Source: Candidatus Woesearchaeota archaeon
Lineage (GTDB): Archaea > Nanobdellota > Nanobdellia > Woesearchaeales > JABGUJ01
Direction of reading: 5' to 3'
Length of the DNA: 64,000 nucleotides
Assembly (NCBI GenBank): GCA_018646625.1
Contig: JABGUJ010000001.1
Span: 441,534-505,533 of the forward strand
The notes beneath the pieces are model-generated. The model was not told where the DNA came from. It did not search any database and saw only the letters and a program-made list of their open reading frames with translations. Of the stretch, positions 38,794-49,139 are shown piece after piece (position 1 is the first letter of the stretch; every line of letters starts with the position of its first letter). A program made the translations under genes and the position numbers.

Positions 38794-40119
38794 ATGGCAA
38801 AGATAAGCCCAGTATCAGCAAAATATATTGTTCATTCAGTAATTGACATCGAAGGTATCGTAGACCGACCTGATGTTGTTGGAGCAATTTTTGGTCAAAC
38901 AGAAGGACTTCTTGGTACAGAACTTGAATTAAGAGAACTTCAAAGATCTGGAAGAATAGGAAGAATAGAAGTAACTCTAGAGACTAAAGGCGGCAAGACA
39001 CATGGAACAATAATTATTCCTTCTAGCCTAGATAAAGCAGAAACTTGTATCATGGGAGCAGCTTTGGAAATAATCCAAAGGATTGGGCCATGTAATTCTA
39101 AGCTAAAAGTTGGAAAAATTGAAGACGTAAGAATCTCTAAGAGAAAATACGTTGTAGAAAGAGCAAAAGAACTACTAAAAGAATTTGTAGATACATCATC
39201 ACCTGATTCTCAAGAACTTGCAGACGAAGTTGCATATTCTGTAAGAGTTATGGAGATCCAAGAGTTTGGTAAAGATAGACTAGCTGCAGGTCCAGCAATT
39301 GAAGAAAGCGAAGAAGTAATCGTTGTTGAAGGAAGAGCAGATGTTGTAACACTAATCAAACACGGATTTAAAAATGTAATTTCTATGAATGGTTCAGGAG
39401 TTCCACAAACAATTATCGACTTAAGTAAAGAAAAGTCAATTATTGTATTTGTAGACGGAGACAGAGGAGGAGATCTTAACATTCAAGAACTTCTTGAAGT
39501 TGCAGAGATAGACTTTGTAACTAGAGCACCTGATGGAAAGGAAGTTGAAGAACTTACTAAAAAAGAACTCCACAAGTGTTTGAGAAGTAAAATTGCTGCA
39601 GAACAAGCAAAACTTGATGTTGTTGAGAAGAAAGCTTCTGACTCTGAAAGGTTAAGAAAACCATTCGCTTCACGGAGCGCAAGGGCTAGTCCTGCAAGAG
39701 CCAGTTCTACTAGAACTACTACAAGAACAGATTCCAGATCAAGCGACAGAAGATCTGCTCCTAGAGCACGACCTGATGATCGTGAGAGACGGCCTGCTCC
39801 TAGACAGTATGCAAAGAAAACTCTTAAGGCAGACGAAACCGAGAAGATAAAAGGAATTGCAGAAGAGCTTGTAGGTACAAGAGGTGCTTACATCTTAGAT
39901 CAATCTTTGAATATACTTGGTAAAGTTCCAACTTCTGAACTTGAATCGACAGTATCCAGTTTATCTAGTGGTGTATACGCTGTTGTGTTTGATGGTTCGG
40001 TTGAGAGTTCACTTGTTCAAGCAAGCCAAAAGATTGGAGTTAAGCATCTAATTGCAATGGATAGCAAAGTTGACCCAAAAGCAACTAGCATCAACATTGT
40101 AAAGATCGACAAACTTTAA
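38794..40119 (+). CDS. dnaG: Archaeal DnaG (TOPRIM, exosome-associated)
   Basis: DVVGAIFGQTEGLLG, VVEGRADV, FVDGDRGG; AGGAGG RBS. Confidence 0.95.
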   Translation: MAKISPVSAKYIVHSVIDIEGIVDRPDVVGAIFGQTEGLLGTELELRELQRSGRIGRIEVTLETKGGKTHGTIIIPSSLDKAETCIMGAALEIIQRIGPCNSKLKVGKIEDVRISKRKYVVERAKELLKEFVDTSSPDSQELADEVAYSVRVMEIQEFGKDRLAAGPAIEESEEVIVVEGRADVVTLIKHGFKNVISMNGSGVPQTIIDLSKEKSIIVFVDGDRGGDLNIQELLEVAEIDFVTRAPDGKEVEELTKKELHKCLRSKIAAEQAKLDVVEKKASDSERLRKPFASRSARASPARASSTRTTTRTDSRSSDRRSAPRARPDDRERRPAPRQYAKKTLKADETEKIKGIAEELVGTRGAYILDQSLNILGKVPTSELESTVSSLSSGVYAVVFDGSVESSLVQASQKIGVKHLIAMDSKVDPKATSINIVKIDKL

Positions 40120-40147
40120 TTTTTTATTTTTTTATTTCTTATTTTTT
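40120..40147 (+). terminator. Oligo-T terminator of dnaG
   Basis: T6, T7 and T6 runs directly after the stop codon. Confidence 0.6.
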
Positions 40148-40171
40148 AATCAACAGCAACGGGGGACGTAC

Positions 40172-40999
40172 ATGACGCAGATTACAGTACCAACTAGTCA
40201 GGAGATTGAAGAATTTACACGTTCTACTTTTGATTCTTCCGAAAACATAAGTTTCTCAACGTCACGCGCAGATAGAATATATGATGCTTTACGTACCATA
40301 TCTGAACAGGACCTATTTAGATCTTTTTTCGGTCACATTTTAGACTTCTATGAAGTGACTGCATCACATTGTGCAAGGGGTGGAATGATTGCAACAGATC
40401 TATTTCTTGAAGATTTTGCAATGACTGAAATTGAAGTACCGAAGGAAGTATTAAATCCATTAGAGACTATGTTGGCTGCGGGATTTTTACATGATTTTGG
40501 TAAAATAAATCTATCTCTCGCATTAGTATCGAGAACGGATGGATACTCTGCTCAAGAACGAGCGCTAATGAGGACACACACTCAATTAACTTACGTTGCA
40601 TTAGAAAGGTTAGATCGAATCTACCCTTTAGCAAGAAACATTGCAGCACATCATCACGATAATGGCGGAAACGGATATGCTACACACCAAAAAAGAGCAC
40701 ACACTCCACCTAAAACTGACTTGATTAGAAGACGTAGTCCCGAAGTTGTTGATCCATGGGTAATAAGGGGAAGACAAATATTGGAGCTTGCAGATAAGTT
40801 AGATGCTTCTGCTTCGAAAAGGCCATATCGTAAGACACCTCTAACAAATGCCGAAGTAGTTAGCTACATTCAAGGAAAGTTTACTGATGAAGTAGATTTA
40901 GTGGATTATGTTGTAAGAACATATCTTTCAGGAGATGAGAGAACACTTGCTGAAGCGCCACAACAAGATGGAACCGGACAATTAAAGCTTAAGTTTTAA
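40172..40999 (+). CDS. HD-GYP-like phosphohydrolase
   Basis: H..R, LHDFGKI, HT, HHH..GGNGYA, ADKLDA..KRPYRK. Confidence 0.75.
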   Translation: MTQITVPTSQEIEEFTRSTFDSSENISFSTSRADRIYDALRTISEQDLFRSFFGHILDFYEVTASHCARGGMIATDLFLEDFAMTEIEVPKEVLNPLETMLAAGFLHDFGKINLSLALVSRTDGYSAQERALMRTHTQLTYVALERLDRIYPLARNIAAHHHDNGGNGYATHQKRAHTPPKTDLIRRRSPEVVDPWVIRGRQILELADKLDASASKRPYRKTPLTNAEVVSYIQGKFTDEVDLVDYVVRTYLSGDERTLAEAPQQDGTGQLKLKF

Positions 41000-41464
41000 T
41001 TTTTCAATTTGAGAACTAAGTTCTTTACTAGTATCAATCGTGAATACACTATGTTCAGCTTCTCTTACTTCTTCACCAACAATATCCATTATCTCACACA
41101 TCATATTCTCTTTTATCTTTTTGTAAGCATAATTTCTCTCTTCTAGACGGTTCTTCAAATCATCTAGCTCACAAGTAGTCAAGACACAAACATCAACATT
41201 CTCTTTAGAAATGAAATGAGATAAATGAGAATCAATCACAACATCTCTGTTGTACGATTTAATCACATTATCTACAATAAATTTACTCAATTTATCTTCA
41301 TCAATGATATCGCAATCTCTCTCTTCATCAAAGCCATCAGAAAGATTGTTCTCTTTTATTAGTTTTTTAATATCAACATAATGAAAGTCTAGTTGTTTAG
41401 CTATAGCTTTAGCTACTGTTGTTTTTCCTGTCGCAGGCGTGCCAGTTACTATAATTACCTTCAT
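40982..41464 (-). CDS. Adenylate kinase, AK6/Fap7 family
   Basis: VTGTPATGKTT, IDSHLSH, RLEERNY...KIKEN. Confidence 0.88.
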   Translation of the reverse strand: MKVIIVTGTPATGKTTVAKAIAKQLDFHYVDIKKLIKENNLSDGFDEERDCDIIDEDKLSKFIVDNVIKSYNRDVVIDSHLSHFISKENVDVCVLTTCELDDLKNRLEERNYAYKKIKENMMCEIMDIVGEEVREAEHSVFTIDTSKELSSQIEKLKLKL

Positions 41465-41495
41465 ACTATAATCTTAGAACTTCGCATTTATTAAT

Positions 41496-42371
41496 TTATG
41501 CAGGTTTTATTGCCAGCTTAGCACCTTTATCAATAATTATACTCAAAGTGGATGTACCGCTACTAAAAAAGAAATTTCCTAACAGTTTCAAGGGGGCCAT
41601 ACCTTTGGAGACACCAAACAGTGCACGCAATACAGTTCCACCACCCAGCAATCCAGCAATACCATAGCCTAATGTGATAAACACACCTAGATAGCCCATA
41701 ACCGTAAAGCACATACACAACGCTCCAACAACCGTGGTAGGGTTATTTGATTTGAACTTTTCTAGTGAACCCAGTTTTCCACGATCAAGACTTTGGACCG
41801 CAGCAAATAAATCTTTAACCACAACTTTATGTCTCTTAAAAAAGTGATGTAGCTTTCTTGACATCTCCTTCTCTCTTTCTTCAAGAACAGTTAATGCTTT
41901 GATAGCTTCATGAACTTGCCTAGATGGAAAAGTTTGATTCTTTGACGCATCTTCAAAGACCTTGAAAGGGATATGATCTCGAAACCTCTCACACATTATC
42001 ACATAGTTTCTGAAATCATCCATAATATGATGATCAATATCATGTATAACTGCCTTCAGTTCATCATTAGGAGAGTATTTGTAAAAATCTTTGGCCAAGT
42101 ACATTCCACTAAGAACAATTCTATTAAGTAAATTCATAGAAATAGACATTTTTCTTATGGCTATGGCAATATTCCTAAGATGTTCACCAATCTTTGGATA
42201 AACTTTATCAGGATCAAGAAACAAATCTGGACCCAGATCTTTTTTAAGTAAAGCGAAATGGCGATGTAGGGCTTTATGAGATCTTTTTTTAATACCGATT
42301 AAATAGTCACGCTTTCCATGCAAATCTGCAGATACATAATTGCTAATTTGAACTGCGTTAAGAGTACCCAT
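41496..42371 (-). CDS. Hypothetical helical protein with a C-terminal hydrophobic segment
   Basis: 291-aa ORF, no recognised family. Confidence 0.7.
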   Translation of the reverse strand: MGTLNAVQISNYVSADLHGKRDYLIGIKKRSHKALHRHFALLKKDLGPDLFLDPDKVYPKIGEHLRNIAIAIRKMSISMNLLNRIVLSGMYLAKDFYKYSPNDELKAVIHDIDHHIMDDFRNYVIMCERFRDHIPFKVFEDASKNQTFPSRQVHEAIKALTVLEEREKEMSRKLHHFFKRHKVVVKDLFAAVQSLDRGKLGSLEKFKSNNPTTVVGALCMCFTVMGYLGVFITLGYGIAGLLGGGTVLRALFGVSKGMAPLKLLGNFFFSSGTSTLSIIIDKGAKLAIKPA

Positions 42372-42410
42372 ATCTTAGGATATACAAAATTCTCTTATAA
42401 AATTTTCCAA

Positions 42411-42998
42411 TTAATTCAACAAAGAACGAGCTTTATAGCAAGGCATGCCTTCAAATTTCTCAATCTTATCAAAGTTATCGATTTCATTCTCCCGCAACGT
42501 CTCACACATTTTAAAGAAGATTTCTAGTGTTGCATTAACATCGCCCATTGCTCTGTGAGCGCTTTCATTCTCAACATCATAATGTTCACAAACAGAACTT
42601 AGCTTTTTAGAGGGTAACTCGGAAAGAATTCTGCTGGCTAGTTTTCGGGTACATAATCGTGAGTTGTTAAGTCCCTCTCCTAGATGAACTTCTGCATTAT
42701 GAGATAAAAACTTAAAATCAAATGTTGCATTATGTGCAATAAACACATCTTCTCCCACAAAGTCAACAAAAGAACCTATTACTTCAGATATCTTAGGAGC
42801 GTCTTTAACCATTTCATCATCTATTCCGGTTAAACGAGTAATAAATCTAGGAATCTTCACACCAGGATTAACCAGACTTTGAAATCTATCAACTACTTCC
42901 CCATCTTTTACTTTAACTGCACCAATTTCAGTAATTTTATGCATATAAGCAGATAAACCAGTAGTTTCAATATCAACTACAACAAAACCCTCTTTCAT
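42411..42998 (-). CDS. DEDDh 3'-5' exonuclease (DnaQ/PolC-like)
   Basis: VVDIETTG, AHNATFD, HRAMGD. Confidence 0.9.
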   Translation of the reverse strand: MKEGFVVVDIETTGLSAYMHKITEIGAVKVKDGEVVDRFQSLVNPGVKIPRFITRLTGIDDEMVKDAPKISEVIGSFVDFVGEDVFIAHNATFDFKFLSHNAEVHLGEGLNNSRLCTRKLASRILSELPSKKLSSVCEHYDVENESAHRAMGDVNATLEIFFKMCETLRENEIDNFDKIEKFEGMPCYKARSLLN

Positions 42999-43081
42999 AA
43001 TTTGAAACCAACTTACTTTTTCTTTTAAACTTTTTTGTTTTTTGAGATAAAACTGTTATAATTAAACACCTAAACAGAAAT

Positions 43082-44077
43082 TCACGCCCTATATAGCTTC
43101 TTAATGATCTCACTGATAGGGGGATTTGATATCTCTATGTCTTCAACTTTCTGGCCATTATCAAATACTTTTATGATTTCATTCAATGACATCTTTGAAG
43201 TATCAATCTCAAGCCTCACACTATAGTCTGAGAGCTTTTTAACAACCTTGAAATTTTTCATCTTTTTAATCTTAGTAAGATTAACTTTATCGTAGAATTT
43301 TATTGTTACATATTTTTTATTATTTACCTTCAATTTAGTGGTTTTATCATTAAAAACAATTCTACCTTCATTAATCACAATAATTCTATCGCATAGATGT
43401 TCAATATCTTCAAGATCATGACTTGTTACAATAAAAGTAGTCTTTTCTTTATTGTTAATTTTTTTTATGAATTTACGAATTATTTCCTTTGCAAATATAT
43501 CTAGACCGATAGTTGGTTCATCTAAGAAGACGATTTTTGGTTTATGCAGCATCGCCATAACAAACTCACAGCGCATTCTCTCACCCAGAGATAATTGCCT
43601 GGTTGGTTTTTTCATTATTTCTTTAATACTCAATAGCTTTGTAAGTTTATCAAGTTCTGTTTTAAACGATTTTTCATCAATAGAGAATATGCTTTTATGC
43701 ATGTAAAAAGCATCTATAGGCGGCAAATCCCAGAATAGCTGACTCTTCTGTCCAAATACGACCCCTATATTTGCAACATATTTCCTGCGGTCAATCCAGG
43801 GCGTATAATTCATAATATTTACAGAGCCACCATCGGGGTGCATTACACCTGATAAAATCTTTATGGTGGTCGACTTACCAGCACCATTTGGTCCGAGAAA
43901 ACCAACCACTTCACCTTTTTCAATTGCGAAGTCAATATCATTAACTGCTTTTGATATTTTTACATTTCTCTTAAATAATGATAGTACCGCTTCAGTAAAT
44001 CCTTCTCCTCTTTCATAAGATTTGAATTCTTTTCTAAGTTTATTGACTCTGATTATCTTCATTCTATCCGCCCGCAC
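43082..44077 (-). CDS. ABC transporter ATP-binding protein
   Basis: GPNGAGKST, LSLGERMR, LDEPTIGLD. Confidence 0.9.
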   Translation of the reverse strand: MRADRMKIIRVNKLRKEFKSYERGEGFTEAVLSLFKRNVKISKAVNDIDFAIEKGEVVGFLGPNGAGKSTTIKILSGVMHPDGGSVNIMNYTPWIDRRKYVANIGVVFGQKSQLFWDLPPIDAFYMHKSIFSIDEKSFKTELDKLTKLLSIKEIMKKPTRQLSLGERMRCEFVMAMLHKPKIVFLDEPTIGLDIFAKEIIRKFIKKINNKEKTTFIVTSHDLEDIEHLCDRIIVINEGRIVFNDKTTKLKVNNKKYVTIKFYDKVNLTKIKKMKNFKVVKKLSDYSVRLEIDTSKMSLNEIIKVFDNGQKVEDIEISNPPISEIIKKLYRA

Positions 44078-44846
44078 TTGAATATTTTTTTATTGTTGAA
44101 AACCACGTATAAAGTCCAAGAGCAATCAATACTATCACCGAAACTGCACTTATTAATATATCTATATCTACTTCTCCAAATATTGCTTTTGCAGGAATTG
44201 CAGCCACAATAAAAATAGGAAGTATTGCTGTGAACAGTGTACCTGCGAACCTTGGATATATTGACTTAGGATAATAACCCACCATAGCAATCGCTTCGAG
44301 AACATCATAAACTCTCATCGACCTTATGAATCTGAAAATAAAACTTGAGAAGAACAGAGCGAGACTAAAGAAAAAACCCACACCAAAGATCATAGCCACT
44401 ATTCCAATAAGCAAACCACTTAAACTTACTGCGGGTATGTGAAGAATTGCATACAACGACAACAACAATCCTCCGATAAATTTGGCGGTATCTTCAGCAT
44501 CAAATGATTGACATATAAACATAAACAAAGGATTTCTTGGCTTGATAAGTGTTAAATCAAATTCTCCTCTTTGTAATGTGATATTTGAGTGCCATACGAT
44601 GCCCATAAACGACATAAAACTAAAACCTTTAACCGTAAGAAAAATTCCTTGAAGTAACAAAACTTGGTAAAAGGTCCATCCGGCAAAGCCAGGACTATTA
44701 TAATAAATAATATACGTAAAAATTGGACCAACAAGTTCAAGCACAAACATAGACACCAAAGAGATAAAATATTCACCCCTATACGCCATTCTAAATGCAA
44801 TATGGATTAGAGCTGATTTAATCCACAATTTTATTGCCGAAGTCAT
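44064..44846 (-). CDS. ABC-2 family permease (DUF990-like)
   Basis: GEFDLTLIKP motif, KKYSSAGG end, about 6 TM. Confidence 0.82.
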   Translation of the reverse strand: MTSAIKLWIKSALIHIAFRMAYRGEYFISLVSMFVLELVGPIFTYIIYYNSPGFAGWTFYQVLLLQGIFLTVKGFSFMSFMGIVWHSNITLQRGEFDLTLIKPRNPLFMFICQSFDAEDTAKFIGGLLLSLYAILHIPAVSLSGLLIGIVAMIFGVGFFFSLALFFSSFIFRFIRSMRVYDVLEAIAMVGYYPKSIYPRFAGTLFTAILPIFIVAAIPAKAIFGEVDIDILISAVSVIVLIALGLYTWFSTIKKYSSAGG

Positions 44847-45658
44847 GCCCCTACCCCGCTAAATCGTTTCTTCGCTCTATTCCATACGATAATAGTCAGC
44901 ACAAATAACCCGAAAATCCACATGATTTGTATGAGCAGCGGAAAAAATACGCTAGACACAAATCCAGCAGACAAATCCGCACTATACTTTCCAAGATAGA
45001 TACTTGTTGGAACGAAAGTAATGTATTGAAAAGGTAAGAAGTTAAAAAAACTACGAATCACAGGGGGAAACAAATCTATTGGAACATAAAGGCCGGCACT
45101 TAACTGTATTCCAAAGCTCATCAACCAAGCAAGAGATCTGATGTTTATCAACCAAAAAGCAATCATACCTATAAGCAAATAAATAAAGTATGAGATAACA
45201 AATGAAAACAAGACTGAGATGGTGAAAAAACCAATTTCGCCCATAACAAAGTATTTTCTAAAAAAAAGAAGAAACAATAAGAGAATTGGTATTACTTCGA
45301 TAATCACTGAAAAAGATCTATTTGCGATTTTTTTAAGAAAACCAAGTTTAACATAACTAAATGGCTTTAATAGAAATACTAGAAAGTTTCCTTTTTTAAT
45401 TTCCTTCTCAAGCTCTTCAGCAATAGTATCGTAGATAAACGTAAACACTAATGAAGAAATAAGAAAGTAAGTTATCATACTAGACAACGAATATCCACCG
45501 ATGGAATCAGATGCTGAGTTGGAGTATACCGCAGACCAGATAATTATTAATATGAAAAATCTAAATGGGACAATCAATACACTCATTAGAAACTCAGATC
45601 TATAAGCGACAGATTCTTTCCAATACCCTTTGATAATCCCGCAATAACTCATAGCCAA
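44843..45658 (-). CDS. ABC-2 family permease (DUF990-like; probable start 45652)
   Basis: IKKGNFLVFLLKP, VPIDLFP, LPFQY..FVP. Confidence 0.82.
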   Translation of the reverse strand: MAMSYCGIIKGYWKESVAYRSEFLMSVLIVPFRFFILIIIWSAVYSNSASDSIGGYSLSSMITYFLISSLVFTFIYDTIAEELEKEIKKGNFLVFLLKPFSYVKLGFLKKIANRSFSVIIEVIPILLLFLLFFRKYFVMGEIGFFTISVLFSFVISYFIYLLIGMIAFWLINIRSLAWLMSFGIQLSAGLYVPIDLFPPVIRSFFNFLPFQYITFVPTSIYLGKYSADLSAGFVSSVFFPLLIQIMWIFGLFVLTIIVWNRAKKRFSGVGA

Positions 45659-45759
45659 TCACGCCACGACACCTAAAATAAATTTAACTTATAAACTCAT
45701 CGTAAGATTTTCGAAAGAGCGGCGGTGAAACTTATTAAGAAATAAAGGTGATTTAACGC

Positions 45760-46959
45760 ATGTTCTTACAACTGATAACCGCAACCTTGGCAGGGGCATC
45801 ATTAGGCATTATAACGGGTCTAATTCCAGGAATACATGTGAACCTTATATCCATTATACTCCTCTCTCTTAGCTCATTATTGCTAAACCTAGCATCTCCA
45901 TTAACTATCGCAACAGTAATTATATCAATGGCGGTAACCCATTCATTCTTAGATTCCATACCCTCAATTTACTTGGGAGCTCCCGATTCTGACATGTCTG
46001 TATCTGTCCTACCTGGACATAAAATGTTATTAGAAGGAAAAGGACATCAAGCAGTTTTATTAACAGTTATAGGATCATTGCTCGCATTAATATTATCTAT
46101 TATTATATCACCACTACTATTCGTAGCGATAAAAAATCTTTATCCTTTTCTAAACAACATAATAGCGTACCTTCTAATCATAATAGTCCTTTACATGTTA
46201 TTAAAAGATAAAAACAGACTCTTTAACATTTTTATTTTTTTAACATCGGGAATATTAGGATTAATCGTACTAAACATATTTTCTCTAAAAAGTCCATTAT
46301 TCCCATTACTCTCAGGGTTATTTGGAACTAGCACATTAATATTAAGTTTAACTCAGAATTCTAGTTTACCATTACAATCTATAAAACAAGAAGTAGACAT
46401 AAACAAAACTACAATAACCAAAGCAATCACAGGGAGCACATTAGCGGGAAGTTTAACTTCATTATTTCCCGGGTTAGGTCCAGCTCAAGGTGCAGTTCTA
46501 GCAACACAAATAGTGAGAAACATAGGGGACAAAGGATTTTTAATACTTGTAGGAGGAATAAACACAGTAAACTTTGTAATGTCCTTATTAACTTTACATC
46601 TTCTAAGTAAAACAAGAAACGGTGCGGTTGTCGTCGTAAAACAACTAGTAGAAATTCTTAACATAAACAAATTAGTACTACTAATAACAGTAGCACTGAT
46701 AACTGGAGGACTGGCAACATTATTAGCAATAAACATCTCCAAAATATTCTCAAAATTGATAACAAAAGTAAACTATAGAACGCTTTGCATATCAATAATT
46801 ATTCTCATAGCGGGTACAGTAACAGCAATCTCAGGAATAGAAGGAATACTAGTACTAATAATAGCAACAGCAGTAGGCCTTTTAGCTCCACTACTAAACG
46901 TAGCTAGAAATCATTCAATGGGTTGTTTACTTCTGCCAGTTATACTATTTCTAGTGTAA
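45760..46959 (+). CDS. Tripartite tricarboxylate transporter TctA-like (DUF112) membrane protein
   Basis: TGLIPGIHVN, THSFLDSIPSIYLGAP, VLPGH. Confidence 0.8.
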   Translation: MFLQLITATLAGASLGIITGLIPGIHVNLISIILLSLSSLLLNLASPLTIATVIISMAVTHSFLDSIPSIYLGAPDSDMSVSVLPGHKMLLEGKGHQAVLLTVIGSLLALILSIIISPLLFVAIKNLYPFLNNIIAYLLIIIVLYMLLKDKNRLFNIFIFLTSGILGLIVLNIFSLKSPLFPLLSGLFGTSTLILSLTQNSSLPLQSIKQEVDINKTTITKAITGSTLAGSLTSLFPGLGPAQGAVLATQIVRNIGDKGFLILVGGINTVNFVMSLLTLHLLSKTRNGAVVVVKQLVEILNINKLVLLITVALITGGLATLLAINISKIFSKLITKVNYRTLCISIIILIAGTVTAISGIEGILVLIIATAVGLLAPLLNVARNHSMGCLLLPVILFLV

Positions 46960-47706
46960 TTTCATAAGCTTTCTCATACCCATACTAAACACAATTGAGA
47001 ATATGATATATGCTCCCAACCAACCCATTTGCCAACCAAATAAGTCTAAGACAACCAATTTCTCATGATCAATTCTGATCTCTTTAATTCGACTATTTTT
47101 AATAGGTTTCAGCGGAGTTTCATACTTCTTTTCATTGGTAACAAGAACTTCTATTCCATAACGTTCATCGCCGTATTCAAATTCAAGATTATGTAATCCT
47201 TCTTCTGCCTTCAACTTCCAGACAGTTTCACCATTGACGATCTCTTGTGTCGAATCGCTCATTAACTCAACATACTCTGGAGGCAGCATAGTAATACTTC
47301 CTTGAGTTCCTTCATGGAACACAACTGTAGTACCAAACTCTTGGCCCGGCGCTATTGGAATAAATGCAAAGTTTGCATGTAACCAACCAAATATGATGAT
47401 GATTGGTAAGAATGTGATAAGCGTAGGTTTCATAGATCTTTTCATGTACTCCATGTTTTTAGACATGGTTTTCTTCTGCATAGCCATGAACTTATCTGGT
47501 TTATCTTTAAGAGTCTTCATCTCTTTCTGCATTGCTTTCATTTCTGCTTTAAGTTGTTTCATTACAGTTTGATCTGTGAAGAACTTATAGCAAATAGTTA
47601 TGATTAAAGAAATAATAAAAGAAATTAATAATATTCCCCAAAACGGAGGAAGATTAAGTAATGGTCTAAAAATCGGATCAAATAATGCTTCTAAAATTTC
47701 AAACAC
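46951..47706 (-). CDS. DUF106 / EMC3-TMCO1 (Oxa1 superfamily) membrane protein
   Basis: TM, coiled coil, SMKPTLITFLP, GWLGAYI; directly after secY. Confidence 0.85.
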   Translation of the reverse strand: MFEILEALFDPIFRPLLNLPPFWGILLISFIISLIITICYKFFTDQTVMKQLKAEMKAMQKEMKTLKDKPDKFMAMQKKTMSKNMEYMKRSMKPTLITFLPIIIIFGWLHANFAFIPIAPGQEFGTTVVFHEGTQGSITMLPPEYVELMSDSTQEIVNGETVWKLKAEEGLHNLEFEYGDERYGIEVLVTNEKKYETPLKPIKNSRIKEIRIDHEKLVVLDLFGWQMGWLGAYIIFSIVFSMGMRKLMKLH

Positions 47707-47723
47707 CCCTCTCTAGAGTATAT

Positions 47724-49118
47724 CTACTCCATAAACTTTCGCATCATAGGATGCATATCCATCATATGTTGCTTTGCAATTTGTTCATACATTTGATAAA
47801 TAATCATAACCGCCAACAACAAACCGGTTCCACTAGATAGTGTACCCATCAAGTCTGCAGCTGCAGATAAAAATCCAATTGCCAATCCACCCATAACTGT
47901 AAGTGGTGTGATGTATCTTTTCAATAATCGTTCCATTACTCTTCCATCTTTTCTAAAACCAGGAATTTGTAATCCTGACTTCATCATGTTCTGTGCTTGA
48001 CTTCTAGCATCCATACCAGATGTTTGAACCCAGAAAACACTAAATAAAACACAACCGCCCATCATAACCAGTAGATAGACTAATCCTTTTCCTATATCTG
48101 CAAACACAATACTTCCAGTCAAAGCCTTATACACCAGATTAGATGGTTGTAACCATGAAACAAATCCACTGATCGCTTCTGTACCTGAGAATCCTCCAAA
48201 CCATGTTGGATGACCTACCCATCCTTGTATCAATCTTGCCCAAAGTTGCATGTTAGCGACCAATGCGGATACAAGAATAACAGGAATAACGTTAGCATAA
48301 CAAAAGTTCAAAGGCCATCTTACACCATGTCCTCTTATTCTTCCATAGGATAAAGGTATCTCTACTTTCATAGATTGTAAAAATACCGCTAAACAGAATA
48401 TGAATATAGTTGTAATTACCGAAGCAAGCATAATACCCGCTCCAATTGGATTACCTTGTGATAATGACGCAAACAGTGCAGGAATTGCACCAGTAGGAAT
48501 ATTAGGTTGATTAGGTGAAGGCATTGGACTCAATGCTCTAATAAAAATACTTTCTGCAACACCTGCAACAATAAACAATCCCGTTCCAGAACCAAAGCCC
48601 CATTTAGATACAACTTCGTCAAGGAATACAATAATTATTCCTCCCAAAATCATTTGGAACACTATCATGAATTCTAACTGCACATATAATGCAGTACCTG
48701 CCAATGCAGGATCAGGTGCCAAACCACCCATGAATACATAGATGATAGACTCAAAGATTATGAAACCCAAAGTTAAGATTTTTTGTACTGCTTGAAACTT
48801 TGCTTTACCTGAATGACTATTTAGATCAAATTTAACTAATCCCGAACCATTCAATAATTGTAGAACAATAGATGCAGTAACTATAGGACCAATACCTAAA
48901 GATATGATAGCACCAAACTTAGCGCCCAGAACAACACTTAGAAACTCAAACTGAGCCAATGCATTATGTCCTAATCCAAATAAAGGTATTAAACCTAAGA
49001 AGAAAAATAATCCTAATATGATTAACGTCCACTTCAACTTTTCCTTAAAAGAAAGTCTCTTTTGACTAGGAGCTCTTACCTCTGGTAGATTCCTTAGTAT
49101 TACATCCCAAACAGACAT
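47724..49118 (-). CDS. secY: Preprotein translocase SecY
   Basis: LGIGPIVTASIVLQLL, SKWGFGSG, IPGFR, GTGLLLAV. Confidence 0.97.
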   Translation of the reverse strand: MSVWDVILRNLPEVRAPSQKRLSFKEKLKWTLIILGLFFFLGLIPLFGLGHNALAQFEFLSVVLGAKFGAIISLGIGPIVTASIVLQLLNGSGLVKFDLNSHSGKAKFQAVQKILTLGFIIFESIIYVFMGGLAPDPALAGTALYVQLEFMIVFQMILGGIIIVFLDEVVSKWGFGSGTGLFIVAGVAESIFIRALSPMPSPNQPNIPTGAIPALFASLSQGNPIGAGIMLASVITTIFIFCLAVFLQSMKVEIPLSYGRIRGHGVRWPLNFCYANVIPVILVSALVANMQLWARLIQGWVGHPTWFGGFSGTEAISGFVSWLQPSNLVYKALTGSIVFADIGKGLVYLLVMMGGCVLFSVFWVQTSGMDARSQAQNMMKSGLQIPGFRKDGRVMERLLKRYITPLTVMGGLAIGFLSAAADLMGTLSSGTGLLLAVMIIYQMYEQIAKQHMMDMHPMMRKFME

Positions 49119-49139
49119 TTTTAAAAAACCCTAAAGCGC

